A stretch of 61,322 bases of DNA, counting the filler, from Piptocephalis cylindrospora (taxonomy: Eukaryota), in NCBI GenBank assembly GCA_003614145.1. It is 6 parts of 6 records of this genome, joined end to end, with 100 filler letters (N's around TTAATTAATTAA, not from the genome) between each part and the next. Parts side by side here need not be neighbours in the genome. Positions count along the whole stretch, not along the records: positions 30,822 to 40,959 come from KZ988050.1; positions 41,060 to 51,169 come from KZ988051.1; 4 more parts are not named here. One strand, 5' to 3'. The notes under the pieces were generated by a model. It had not been told where the DNA came from. It made no database searches and saw only the letters and a program-made list of their open reading frames with translations. Shown here in pieces: positions 36,175 to 48,303 of this stretch (its first letter is position 1; each line of letters begins with the position of its first letter). Made by a program: the position numbers and the translations under genes.

Positions 36175-38490
36175 TTAATGTGGCCGAATATCAATGTATA
36201 GGTTCTTGTCCTTCTTGGATGCAAAGGCATCCCCGTACCAGGATCGGACCATGCAGTCAAACTTGGAGAACTCAACCCACAGCGTATCCTGGTATGTTTG
36301 GTAGGTCTGCTGCTCCAAGCCCTGGTAGTGCTCCAGCAGGGTGTCTCGATAGGCCAGGTAGGCTGGATAGTACTTGACCTTCTTCCACATTGGCTTCTCA
36401 CTGACATTTGGGGCGAGGATGCCAGCCTGGGGGAACACATGCTCAAAAAGGTCCCTCCAATTGCTGATCTTGCGGCGGTTACTGATCGGCCTCTCCAGTC
36501 TGCGAGGGATAGACAACCTGACTTGGGCCAGGGACCATTCCTTCATCGGCCTGCCAGCCTGATAGTTCCGAGTCATTTCCACCAAGTCCACCCGAAGCAG
36601 TTCAATGACATACTGGGCCAGCTGGACAGGGTCCTCGACCACCAAATCCTCCTCCCCTGCCACCCTGTCCACCCCCTCCAGTAGCCTTCTCCTAGATTCC
36701 TCCTCATCCATAGCCACCCCCAGTCCATCCTCTGTGTCGGCCATTGTCTCAGTGTGGTCCTGGAGGACCCGAGAGCCCAGGCCTTCAAGAGACGCCTGGG
36801 CACCCTCCCAGTCCACCCGATTTCGGGGAAGGTACGGCCTATTATACCGCCGCAATGCCCAACCCAACCCGAGGGATTGGTGATCCTCTCGATTCAAGTG
36901 TCCAAAAACGGCCTTTCGGCACCGGGAATAGTACACCCCCCGGAGGTAGCCGCGGAACATCCCAGCCAGCATGTCCATGAACGCCTCCCTCCTCTTCCCA
37001 ATCCGACCATGGCTTTCCAGGATCCCCTCATCAACCCGTCGGGTCCCCTCCTGAACCAGCCAGATACTAGCGGCCTTGAATCGTGCCATATCCAAGGATC
37101 CTACTTGGTAAAAATGGTCTCTCGGATTCTTGGCCATGATCTCCATCGCGTCCACCTCCACCCCTACCACCATCTCGAAATCTCTGCCTGACACCCGGAT
37201 CTCCCGCCTTGCCGCCCAAGATATCTTCCCCGACTCTACCACCCCGTCCATTACTACCTCCGAGAGCCTCTTGAACTTCCCCGTCCCCCACCTCATATCC
37301 TTGCCCCGAAGCCTCTCCAATGGATGATCCCTGTTCCCCGTCGTTGCCATCTTGTCCACATGGTACATCTGCAGGTATGACACCCGAGGCACCCCAATAC
37401 CAAAGTTCACCACATCCTTGCCGTACCCCTCCACCGTCCGCCCGGCCACGTCATGCATCAACCAGTACTCGTGGAACCTAACCGGCCCTTCCACCGTGGG
37501 ATCCTCCCTTTCCTGGTTCCGCTTCCATAAAACCTGCGTCGGTCCACACATCTCTCGCGTCGCCCACTCTGGGAAAAATTCAAATCCCACATCCATCTGT
37601 ATCCGATGATAAACCCTTCCTAGTTCGAACATGGAGAGATGCTCCCGGAGTACTTTATCCCTCCACTGCACCACCTCCTCACCCTCGTCCCCATCCAACT
37701 GCCACAGTGGAATTGTCGTACAACCCTTGATGCCCTTGCATGACACATGAAAGAACATGTCCCCAAAGCGCTCCTCCAAGTACTCCGTATCCCTCACCAC
37801 CACCCTGATCGCACGTACTACCTCCGTGAACTCCCCCGCCTGAAGGTCCATCCCCACTTTGGCCGTCTTCCGGAAGTCTGCCGCGTTCCTCCGTGATCCT
37901 CTCATATATTGGATCCTCTGTGGATGCAGTACACGTCTCATTGCCTCCAGTACCACATGGTCATACCACACGTCCAGCTCCGGCCCGCTCATGAACCCAT
38001 TGCCATGCGTGTGGAAGGCTGATCCAAGAGATGGGAACACTGCATGCACCGTTACCCAGCTATTTCCCTCCCCGAACAGGCAATGCGGGGTCCGGGCAAG
38101 AGCAATTGGCTGGCCCCTAAACGGCGTCTGGACGTACAAATGGCTCCCCGACATATTGTAGAACTGGCCAGGGTTTGGGTAAATCCGGATCGGTCCTCGA
38201 GCCTCCAGCTCCATGGCCGAGAACATGATCGAGTCCACATCTGCATAACATTCCACCCCCGCTTGCATCGGCACCGATTCCGACATCACCTCCGTCCTCC
38301 TGGCCTCCTCACCCGCCTTTCCCCCATACACTGCCTTCTCCACGTCGGTGCATCCCACCACACGCGCAGTCCCCTGTTCAAACTTAAACACCGACAGGAA
38401 TTGATCCATATCCTGACGGTACACTGGCATTGCATTTCTCACCAAGGCCCTCTGGGGTACTGGGTGAGGAGCATTCATTTGACGGAACAT
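36175..38490 (-). CDS. Uncharacterised 771-aa protein, candidate mobile-element replication/transposition protein
   Basis: Long intact ORF, GC-richer than its flanks, with globular composition. TATAAAA at 38799-38805 and an apparent 5'-UTR GT-AG intron (~38507-38575). Function is not assignable with certainty. Confidence 0.8.
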   Translation of the reverse strand: MFRQMNAPHPVPQRALVRNAMPVYRQDMDQFLSVFKFEQGTARVVGCTDVEKAVYGGKAGEEARRTEVMSESVPMQAGVECYADVDSIMFSAMELEARGPIRIYPNPGQFYNMSGSHLYVQTPFRGQPIALARTPHCLFGEGNSWVTVHAVFPSLGSAFHTHGNGFMSGPELDVWYDHVVLEAMRRVLHPQRIQYMRGSRRNAADFRKTAKVGMDLQAGEFTEVVRAIRVVVRDTEYLEERFGDMFFHVSCKGIKGCTTIPLWQLDGDEGEEVVQWRDKVLREHLSMFELGRVYHRIQMDVGFEFFPEWATREMCGPTQVLWKRNQEREDPTVEGPVRFHEYWLMHDVAGRTVEGYGKDVVNFGIGVPRVSYLQMYHVDKMATTGNRDHPLERLRGKDMRWGTGKFKRLSEVVMDGVVESGKISWAARREIRVSGRDFEMVVGVEVDAMEIMAKNPRDHFYQVGSLDMARFKAASIWLVQEGTRRVDEGILESHGRIGKRREAFMDMLAGMFRGYLRGVYYSRCRKAVFGHLNREDHQSLGLGWALRRYNRPYLPRNRVDWEGAQASLEGLGSRVLQDHTETMADTEDGLGVAMDEEESRRRLLEGVDRVAGEEDLVVEDPVQLAQYVIELLRVDLVEMTRNYQAGRPMKEWSLAQVRLSIPRRLERPISNRRKISNWRDLFEHVFPQAGILAPNVSEKPMWKKVKYYPAYLAYRDTLLEHYQGLEQQTYQTYQDTLWVEFSKFDCMVRSWYGDAFASKKDKNLYIDIRPH

Positions 38491-39399
38491 CTTTGGCCGT
38501 TCAACACTACTACTATTATTAGAGGTGGGGAGAATTAATTGTGCCTTTATCCCTTCCCTCCAAGTAACCGCTTACCTTGTTCAATATGGATGGGGTAGAG
38601 TGGTAATAATGATGATTAGTGGTCGATGGTTCGATGGTTATTCGAGGATTTGGCTGGGGTGCGGAGTTGACCTTTTTATGGTGGGTTGACTGTGGTAGGT
38701 GTGCGCGGCTGAATGTGCGGAGTGTTGAGAAAAGTGGAGTGGTAAGGAAGAAAGAGTATTTCTGCCGAACTGGTACGAGAGTCTGTGGAAACTCCCTCTT
38801 TTATACCCCTCCCTTGCCACACTTTTTCCTTTCCGCACCCTTTTTCCTTAAAACATTTCATTTTATGAATGGTTTGTTCATGTATATTTCCACTCTTGTT
38901 CCAATCATTCATCGCTTCAATAATATTTCCACTTTCCTAAAATACCGTATTCTCCCTCAGTTCCCTGGACCTTTGTGAATATTCACATCAACATGCCCGA
39001 GGAACACACGAATCTGCCGGTATTATCTGAGCGCTCTCTATCCTATGGCGATATCCTATTCTATTCTATTCTATTCATTCTATACAATCGCATATTTACT
39101 CTGAGCACTTGCACCTCTATTCTTTTCCATCCTTCCACCTCCATCCCCATCCTGAACCTGGCCCGATTTGTCATTTTATCTCCTTCATGCTCCCTCCAGC
39201 CCTACCGTATCAAACATGTCCCGCTTTCTTCAAAATATCCACCATTTTATACAAGAGTCAGTAGACATATTGCACACTGCCTTGGGGGGCTTTATGGTTC
39301 TCGGATGTAAGTAGTGAAATGACCATTCTTCCAGGTACTCTCTCGTATCTTTCGTACCTATCCATATCCTATCCAGGCCCACCCATGCATAATAATAGT

Positions 39400-40870
39400 A
39401 AAATATAATACATTATCTCCAATAAAAGTTTATTCTTTCTCATTTTTGAAGGCACTTTTCTTGAGCAGGGCTACCCAACATCAGAACCATGATACCCGCC
39501 AACATCTCAATCTTTGAACTTCAAAGTTTAATATCTCACCTCAGACTTGATCATATGGAATGGGAGTTGGGTGAGGACAATTGCATGGCTCCAGAGGGTG
39601 CTGTCATTATCTAAATAGAGAGTAGTAGGATAACCATACAGATACATTAAGACATGCACTGATATACCCTTCTATATTCTCCCAAGTCCACCCATATTTT
39701 ATGACATATACTATCTCCAATAAAGTTGACTTTTTCTCATTTTAACGGACCTTTATTTGAGCACGGCTAAGCCAACATCCCAACCCACATGCTCAAGCTA
39801 CATGCACAACCCTAACCTTTAGAGTCATATATCTCAGCCCAAACTCGACCGTTTTCAACGGGAGATGACTGAGAACACCCCTATGGCTGCAAGGAATGTG
39901 GTGATTGCCTCGAAATAAAACACTATTATACCGATACTGACACATTGGATTTTAGACAGTATATTCTTCAGTCTTCTTCCAAGTCAACACCTATATAATA
40001 TGTATATTCTATCTTCACAAAGTTGACTTTTTTCATAACTTTATTTTGAGTAGGGCTAACCAACCTCCCAATCCACATTCCCAACCCACATTCTCAACCC
40101 TCAGCCAATATTTTCAGCCCTAAGCCAACATTATCAACCCTAAACTTCAAAGTCGAATATCTCGGCTCAAACTCAACCATATTCAACGGGAGTGGGTGAA
40201 AATTAATGATATAGGCTCAAAAAGCACTGTGATGGTTGATTTTAGAACACTAAGGAAAGAATACAGGTATGCAAAATATTACACAAAGTATCCCCAAATA
40301 AACATCCCTCCACCCATATATCCTATACATACTCTACCTTCAACAAAGCTCCTCTTTTCCAATCCTTGGACATTTTTTGATCTATCGTGATGCATTTAAC
40401 CAACACCCCATCCAATATTGCTACCCTTAAATTTCAAAGTTGAATATCTCGGCCTCCACTTGACCATTTTCAACGGGAGATGACTGAGAATGCCCCTATG
40501 GTTGCAAGGGATGTTGTGATTGCCTCGAAATAAAACACTAGGATAACGATACCGACACATTGGATTTTACACAATATATTCTTCAATCTTCTTCCAAGTC
40601 TACCCATATATACTATACAAATAGTATATCTAGAAAAGATGACATTTTCATGCTTTCCATGATCTTTTTTTAAGTAGGCCTAACCAACCTCCCAACCCAC
40701 TTTCTCAACCCTAGCCAACATTTTCAGCCCTAAGCCAACATTTTCAACCCACATTCTCAACCCTAAGGCAACATTCTCAACCCTAAACTTCAAAGTCGAA
40801 TATCTCGGCCCCAACTCAACCATATCCAACGGGAGTTGGTCCAAACGGTTCCTATGACTCATGTGACTGC
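39400..40870 (+). repeat. Tandem array of ~290-360-bp degenerate units (5 copies)
   Basis: Core AACTTCAAAGTCGAATATCTC...GGGAG recurs at ~39516, 39812, 40141, 40427 and 40784. Confidence 0.88.
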
Positions 40871-40959
40871 AGTGGCTATTTATTCTAAGATACTAGGACA
40901 TGGTCAGAAATATGCAAGGTATTATTATTACTACTTGGAATATTCTCCCTTTTATTTTC

Positions 40960-41059
40960 NNNNNNNNNNNNNNNNNNNNNNNNNNNNNNNNNNNNNNNNN
41001 NNNTTAATTAATTAANNNNNNNNNNNNNNNNNNNNNNNNNNNNNNNNNNNNNNNNNNNN
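40960..41059. other. Artificial contig linker
   Basis: N/TTAATTAATTAA/N spacer. Confidence 0.98.
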
Positions 41060-41969
41060 GACCCGATAGGGTCCGCCCACTCTGATCGACAATGGTGCCC
41101 GAGACAAAGACTGGGGGCCTGGGGTACTCGGGGGCTTGGCCTTCAGTACCAGGAGAGCAAAGTTCATCGATGGCATACAGAGCAGCCTTGGCGTTGAGGG
41201 TGTCAAAGATGGTCTCGACAAGAAGGATATGGGATCCACCATCCAGGAGGCCCCTGGCTTGCTCCTTGTAAGCAGTGACAAGCTCATCAAATGTGACATT
41301 ACGGAAGCTAGGATCCTCGACCGAGGGGGAAATGGAGCAAGTACGATTCGTGGGGCCCATGGCCCCGCAGACCCAGCGGGGTCGTGAGGGATCTAGAGCA
41401 GTGACCTCCTCACATGCTTCCAAGGCCAAGCGAGCAGCCTCTTTGTTCAGCTGATAAGCCAGGTGCTCTAGAGCGTAGTCAGCTTGGGCAATGGTAGTGG
41501 AAGAGAAAGTGTTGGTCTCAACCATATCGGCCCCAGCCTCTAGGTAAGCCCGATGAATGCCCTTGATGGCCTTTGGTTGGGTGAGTACCAGGAGATCATT
41601 GTTTCCTTTGAGTTCCTTTGGATGATCCTTGAGAAGCTCGCCTGGATGGAAATGGAGAAGGAATGGGAAGGGATGAGAAACGGGGTGAGAATAGAATGAG
41701 CGAGAGAAGGAGAGAGAGGGGAGGAGGAGGAGAAGGAGGGGGGGTGAGAATGGGATAACATACCTCGGAAAGCAGCTTCATCCAGCTTTAAATCCTGAAT
41801 CTGAGTTCCCATGGCGCCGTCCAGAAAGAGGATGCGCTTGGGCATTTCCTCCCGAAGAAAGTCTAAGAAGGGGGGGGGGATGAGTAAAGAGCGTCATGGA
41901 GACAGGGTTGAGGTGAGATGGGAGCGCCTTACCGTGAATCGACGACATGGGACTTGTAAGCGACGGCAT
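41060..41969 (-). CDS. metH: Cobalamin-dependent methionine synthase, N-terminal Hcy-binding domain (3'-partial, 2 introns)
   Basis: [96 protein letters not shown]. Confidence 0.95.
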
Positions 41970-42526
41970 GAAAGGATGGGCAGTGAGAGGATAGGAAGAG
42001 GAAGAGAAAGGGAGGAAATGATCCAGTCTTGTTCAGAGTAAGGATGAATAGATCGGCTCTTAAACTTTTTAGTACAAAACTGGCAGTGACTGAGCCCCTA
42101 AGAAGAAAGGGGTGGGGGGATCATCCGATACGATGAAGCACTGTTTCCCAAACCGACGTGACTTGACAAGTGGGCGGGCGGGAGATGGGGTGTAAAGGGG
42201 GATGAGTATAGCCAATGAGGGGAAGCAGCAGCCCTCACCAATCTCAGAGATGAGGGATGGCGAAGCGGGGATACAGGCGATAGGCTAAAGTGGGGGCATG
42301 TGGATGTCGGGTGTATGTGTGTGCAAGAAGCAAGAAAGAGGATGGGGAAGGCTTTTCCTTGTCGAGATAGAGAGAACGATGATGGGGGATGGGGGAGAAG
42401 GGAAGTACTTAAGAACATACTACTACTAAGCGATAGGGATGGATCTCATAAGGTAAGGGACATGGTCCATCCGAAAGCCCCTAGAAGCACACAGAAAGGA
42501 AAGAAGGGATGGGATCGGGGAAAGAG

Positions 42527-42916
42527 TTACTTCCATAGCCTCACACGCTTTAATGCTTTCCCTGCTGCGCTTCGCAGAATCGGAGAAGTGGCAAGACAAG
42601 TGACAAGGTCCTCGGGCTGCTCCCTCCACTGATACACGGGGATGTGAAGGTCCTCCAGGGCCTTGGCGGTGTAGTTGAGGTCGGTGAGGGACTTTACCTC
42701 AAGAGTAACCTTGGTCATGTTGGGGATGTCCTGGAGATACTGGATGGTCTGGGGCTGGTCCCGGAAAGTCCATAAGGCAGCAGTGGCAGCGTGACAAGCC
42801 TGGGTCATCATGGCGCCGATGGGCCAGCCCTCCTTCTCTACTAGATCCTTCCTAAGGATGATGAACATGGTGAGGCGTTCCGCAGACTTGGCTGCGGCAG
42901 TGACTTGAGCAGACAT
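42527..42916 (-). CDS. PTRHD1: Peptidyl-tRNA hydrolase 2-family protein (PTRHD1-like)
   Basis: MFIILRKDL..WPIGAMMTQACHA, MTKVTLEV, WREQPE..TCLAT.P. Confidence 0.88.
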   Translation of the reverse strand: MSAQVTAAAKSAERLTMFIILRKDLVEKEGWPIGAMMTQACHAATAALWTFRDQPQTIQYLQDIPNMTKVTLEVKSLTDLNYTAKALEDLHIPVYQWREQPEDLVTCLATSPILRSAAGKALKRVRLWK

Positions 42917-44823
42917 GGTCGAGGAAAGCCGAGGGGGGAGGGAAGGAAAGGGAGGGAGGGAGATAGGGTGGACAACTTTGGTGCCGCTCGCTGATTTATA
43001 CGTATTCCGCCCTGTATGTGACCAACGCGTCGGACTAGCCTAGATAGGTGAACTGTACCATGTGAGATATAGATCAGGGATACGCGATTGACGTGTGGTA
43101 CGCGTCATACACCCCATGGGATAACTATCCAAGATCCAGCGGGCGATCTGACCGCAAGGCTACATCGAACGAAGGTAGAGATGATGTATTCGAGGCTCGA
43201 TGTTGTCTATTCATCATGTCCGTATAAAGACCAATCTGAGTCTTGAAGCCAGTCACCAATGAACCAGGAAGGGCATCAACGAGGATGATTACCTGTGTAA
43301 TCCCTCATTATTCATGGATAAATAAAACGGCTATCATCATCAAATATAAATGGATGAGTATGATATTTTAAAAGGGCTCAATGTCCATATTACTTCGTGA
43401 TGAAATGAGTTGGGCAAGTAAAGGAATGAACCGACTGGCTGTATTTGGAAAAAATAGATATTATGAGCCAACTGGCCAAGGAAGATAAGGAGAGAGAGGA
43501 AGAGAGAGAACTTCAGAGCAGGGATGATTGACCCTGAATGATCGCATGGGTGAGGCAATGCGCAGGCTAGGAGATGGGGGGATAGGGAGGAGGGGGGAGC
43601 AAGAGAGGGGGAAAAAAGGAAAGGTTTGGATCCATCCCATCTCTCCCACCCTCCCTTCTTCCTCAATCACACTCATCAGCCGACCATGGCATGGCCATAC
43701 CTCATCTTCGCCTTTTACTTTGACTCATCACGAGATATCTCTTCTTCTTTTCTCAACGGCTTATTAACCATCAGCTCAACACGGAGAGGATGAGAAGAGA
43801 GAGAGAGAGAGAGAGGTGGATGAATGGAGAGAGGAGCAGGAGGGATACATCAGATTGAAAACTACAATTTAAACCGTCATATCCCTCCTCACTAGGTAAG
43901 AAGGGATCGGGGAGTGGAATGAAGGGTCATTCGCGCCTATCCTCACCATCCCTACCAAACTCCCTTTTCTTTCCATCCCTTTCCATCCCCTCCCCCCTTC
44001 TCTCATCATATCCTTGCTCATCCCTAGTACGATCTGGGGAGTAAGCCATTCACCATTCTGCTTGTCCTCACAGGGAATGAATGGAAAGAGTAGAGTATAA
44101 AACGTGCAGACAGCCCATCCCACAATCCCTCAATCCTCTCGGCCCAACTCTAATCCTTACCAAGTTCTTGGGAAACGTGGACAGGAAAGGCACATGGGCT
44201 CAGGAGGGATCCCCTCTGATCTCTGTTCATGTATCCTCATCCATCTTGCCGCGTACTCTTCCTTTGATAGAAAAGGAGATAGAGACTCGTCAAGGGGATC
44301 ATGTCGAATATATCCATAATAGGTGAATGATGAACGGGTTAATGAGGGGCAGGGTGGTTCAAATAGGGTTGATCCAACAGAGTCTGCTGCATCCATCCCC
44401 GATAAACCGCCAAATGGTTCCCCTCATCCATCCCATCCACAATCCCCGTGTGTGTTGTCTTGGTCTCATCCCTGGGGATCCCTCCAGTGCCTTTGAGATG
44501 AGGGAGAGTATGAAGAAGGATGGCGTCACTGAGGTGGGGCCTGCCTCTCCTCCAAACATCCAGGTGGATAGTGGCTATCTCCCGTGTGGGTGATGATCAT
44601 CAGGGAAAGAGGTGTACGAGACGTGAGGCGGTGAAAAGAAGAAAGAGTGTGGTGTTGGGGGTAACAAAGCAACAACAGCAACAGGATACACTGTGGCTCT
44701 TTTTATATTGGCAAATGAGTAAGACGGGGAATGGAGCAAGAGAAACACATGTGCCGCACCGCTGGATATAAGTGTGTGGGTGTAGATCACAGATCAGATG
44801 CTTGCACAGGCATTCCCCACCCT

Positions 44824-46257
44824 TCAAGAAGTAGTGGTGAGGGAAGAGGCAGCAATGCTCCGCTGAGAGCGCCACGAGTTAAAAAGAAAGAGCCAGTAGT
44901 ACTGCAGTCGTCGAATGTTTAGAGGAGGATACCGGAAGGAGGAGATCCAATCTAGACCACGGAAACGATGCATGACGGACTTTTCATGGGAAAAGAGCTT
45001 GAAGGACAGATGTCCCCGGTACATGTCCATGCCTGAGGCGCCGACACCGCCAAAGGGAAAGTTGTTGACGGCCATCTGGAGGACAACATCGTTGCCGATG
45101 CAAGACCCCGACATGGTGTCATCGATGACCCGGCGAACCCCCTCGGAAGAGCCAAAGACATAGGTGGAGAGGGGGGCGGGGCAGGAGTTGACAAAGGCGA
45201 TGGCGGAATCCCAGTCCGGGGTGGTGAGGATGGGGAGAATAGGGCCAAAGATCTCATCCTGCATGAGGACGTCATCGGCCTCGACCCCAGTGACCAAGGT
45301 GGGAGGAAAGTAAAGGGAGTCCTTGTCGGGTTTACCCCCCTGCCAGATGTTTCCAGCGGTGGTATCGAGGAGAGAGTTGAGGCGGACCCAATGCTTCTCG
45401 CTGACGACCCGTTGAATTTTCCGGGAGGGGCCGTACAGCTCGACCAGGGCCTTCTTGACCGACTCAACGAACTCCTCCTGGAGGTCCGGGTGACACAGGA
45501 CGTAATCGGGGGCCAAGCAGGTCTGGCCGGCATTGGCCAGCTTTCCCCAGATGATCCGTTTAGCGGCAACAGGAACATTAGCCCCGGGCCCAACGATGGT
45601 GGGACACTTTCCTCCAAGCTCCAGGGAGGTCGGGGTCATAGTCTCGGCGGCGGCGCGCAGTACGATTTTACCAACGGCGGGCCCACCGGTGAAGAAGATG
45701 CGGCCGTATGACAGGGACAGAAGCTCTTGAGTCTCCCGAGGACCCCCGGGGATGACACGGACCACGTTTTCAGACAGGTACTGGGGAAGCAGGGAGGCCA
45801 GGACACGAGTGGAGGCCGGGGCGACCTCGGAGGGCTTGAGTAGAACAGTATTACCGGCGGTCAAGGCGCCGATGACAGGGAGAAGAGCCAGGAGGATGGG
45901 GTAGTTCCATGGGGCGATGACCAGGACAGGGCCCAAGGGCTGGGATATGACGCGGCATTGGTCCATGGAAAAGGTCCAGGGGACGGCCAGGGACCGGGGC
46001 TTCATCCAGGAGGCCAGATTGGCAATGGCATCGTCCAGGTCGACGAACATGATGGCCAACTCGAGCTGAATGGCTTGGAGATAATCTCGACCCGTGTCCT
46101 CGTACAGGGCACGGCACATGGCGGGTTCACAATCTTGAACAAAGCGTTTCAGAGCCCGGAGATTATTCAGACGAGCCTGGAGGGTACGGTTGATACCACT
46201 GTGAAAGGACTCGGTGATTTCCCGGTGAGCTTTAAGGATAGTCTTGGAGGTGGACAT
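44824..46257 (-). CDS. Aldehyde dehydrogenase, ALDH3/Hfd1 (fatty aldehyde) type
   Basis: APWNYP, LKPSE, FFTGG, LELGGKCP, NAGQTCLAPDY, EIFGP, PFGGVGASG, FSHEK, RYPP. Confidence 0.93.
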   Translation of the reverse strand: MSTSKTILKAHREITESFHSGINRTLQARLNNLRALKRFVQDCEPAMCRALYEDTGRDYLQAIQLELAIMFVDLDDAIANLASWMKPRSLAVPWTFSMDQCRVISQPLGPVLVIAPWNYPILLALLPVIGALTAGNTVLLKPSEVAPASTRVLASLLPQYLSENVVRVIPGGPRETQELLSLSYGRIFFTGGPAVGKIVLRAAAETMTPTSLELGGKCPTIVGPGANVPVAAKRIIWGKLANAGQTCLAPDYVLCHPDLQEEFVESVKKALVELYGPSRKIQRVVSEKHWVRLNSLLDTTAGNIWQGGKPDKDSLYFPPTLVTGVEADDVLMQDEIFGPILPILTTPDWDSAIAFVNSCPAPLSTYVFGSSEGVRRVIDDTMSGSCIGNDVVLQMAVNNFPFGGVGASGMDMYRGHLSFKLFSHEKSVMHRFRGLDWISSFRYPPLNIRRLQYYWLFLFNSWRSQRSIAASSLTTTS

Positions 46258-48303
46258 GGTGAGAGATGAGGTGAGGGGGGAAACGAAGGGAGGAAGGAAG
46301 AAGGGAAGGGAGAGAGGGAGGGAAGAGAGATAAGGGAAGAAGAGGGGAGGAGGGGAAAGGTCTAGGGGGAAATGAAAGAGACAATGTGACTAGCACTGGA
46401 AGGTTCTTTTAATTCAAAAGAAGTATGAAGGGGGTGAATGTGTGGGGGCGGAGGCGGGAATGAATTTGGATAGCAAGCTAGAACACTGGGCCCAGGGGAG
46501 GTGACACGAGGTGGGAAGGGGAAGCACGCTGTGACTGGAGGATCGACCTTGGAGACAAGACTGGCGCGCACGGGGAGTATGAAGAGGGGAAATGGGTGAG
46601 TGTGAGTGCGGAAAAGAGAAGTTAGGCTGTGGGGGTAGGGAAGGAGATGCAGGAAAGGTAGGACAATGAGAGTGAGTGAGAGAATGAAGGTGGGAGAGGA
46701 TGGGGTCAAGCACGATTACACTAGGCCATTTATACCTTTTCCACTTGCCCTTGAAGCTTATAGATGAATGGAAAAAGGAGAGGGGCGATAGAAGGAGTAT
46801 CCTCTGAGCCAAGGCTGTATCTCGCTCCTTGACCGGGCTCGGGGATTGAATTCATCAGACTGAATGGCCTCACTGACTCACACCCAGTAGTATGGCGTGG
46901 GCTCTGAGGGATAGCTTAACGTCCGCACTCGAGCAGCTCTTTCACACGCACCTCATTTCAGCTGGAATGAAGTATGGATGATAAGGACCTTTGCTTTTCA
47001 TGAAAGTATCCATCCAGCGCATATCCGAGGCGGGATGGCCTCATTCGTGAAAGGGATCAAAGCCTGAGAATGGCCTAGGCGGAGATATAGGCCACACCCT
47101 AACTCATGGTATAGCTATAGTGTAGCTTACGCTTTGACTATAATGTAGCAACGATGAAGGTCATATGCCAAGTGAACCCTGGTGGTTCCCATGAGTAGGT
47201 TTTACATCAGGTCTGCTCAAGAGTAGATCAAGAAAGGGTCATGACTAGATGTCAACGCGACCCATCATCTGCTCCCACTACACCCCTTGACAACATCACC
47301 CCCTTTTCCATGATGCATCATCCTTGAGGATCATCGGATATGGAGTTATCACGCCATGCTTCTCATGACATCTCTCTTCCAAATATGAAGAGTATCCTTT
47401 TAAAAAATTCATCTACAACATCCATCCTGCAACTGGGAAAATAGGAGCAGAGCCGATTTGTCTGTCTCCAATTTTTTGGTGTTTTAAAATTAGATCGGAC
47501 CAACCCCTATTTTTAGTTGTTTTTGTATGGGCCTTAAAATGACTTGGCCAATCCCCACTCCCCCTCACCCGTTTGACATACACACACAGGCACAGTCTAG
47601 TTAGTACCGTACAGCCAAGCCCTATTCTCTGCTTTGTCACAGCACAGACACTGCATTCCTCATGCAACATGTATACATGCCTTGCTGGGCTATCCATCTC
47701 GCACTGTATTCCTTACCTCTGCGCCCAGCACCTAAACCCGCTCCCGCAACAGCACCACATTCATCCTAAAAACCTTACCTGAAGAATCAGGATCAGGAAA
47801 ATATTACCAACTAATCTGCCAATCATCCTGAGCCTCCACCCAACCCAACCAACCAAGCTTACACATACTGTTACCTGAACTGGACCCTTTTTCGTCCCTC
47901 CCCCCTAGAAAAGAGATCATCACCAGCTTCGTCGCCAGCACAAGCATCGCACCCAACACCAGCACCAGCATTCGCCGCCGCCCTCTCAATTCCCTCATCG
48001 TAAAACCTCCTCCCATACGAGATCCCGCACCCATGGCCTTCTGTATCAGGTTTCTTTACACTTGTGTAGGCCCTCTTCTCTTCCTCTCCCCTCCTTCCTT
48101 CTCAATCTCTCCTTTTCATCTCCTTCCTGTAAACCTTTGATCCCTCCCCCTCCTCCACCTCTTCGTCTCTTGCAAGTGTCACCCTTCTCTCTTCTCGCCT
48201 TTGTTTGCTACCCACCGCCCCCATTCTTATACTTCGGCCTCTTGAGCCGCCTGGCTTGTGCCCCCCCAAACCCTTCTCATCCCCATATCCCCCCTCCATC
48301 AAT

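Noticed and set aside
39400..40870. CRISPR-like repeat-spacer array
   Set aside because: The intervening sequences are homologous to each other and ~300 bp long, the context is eukaryotic, and there are no cas genes.
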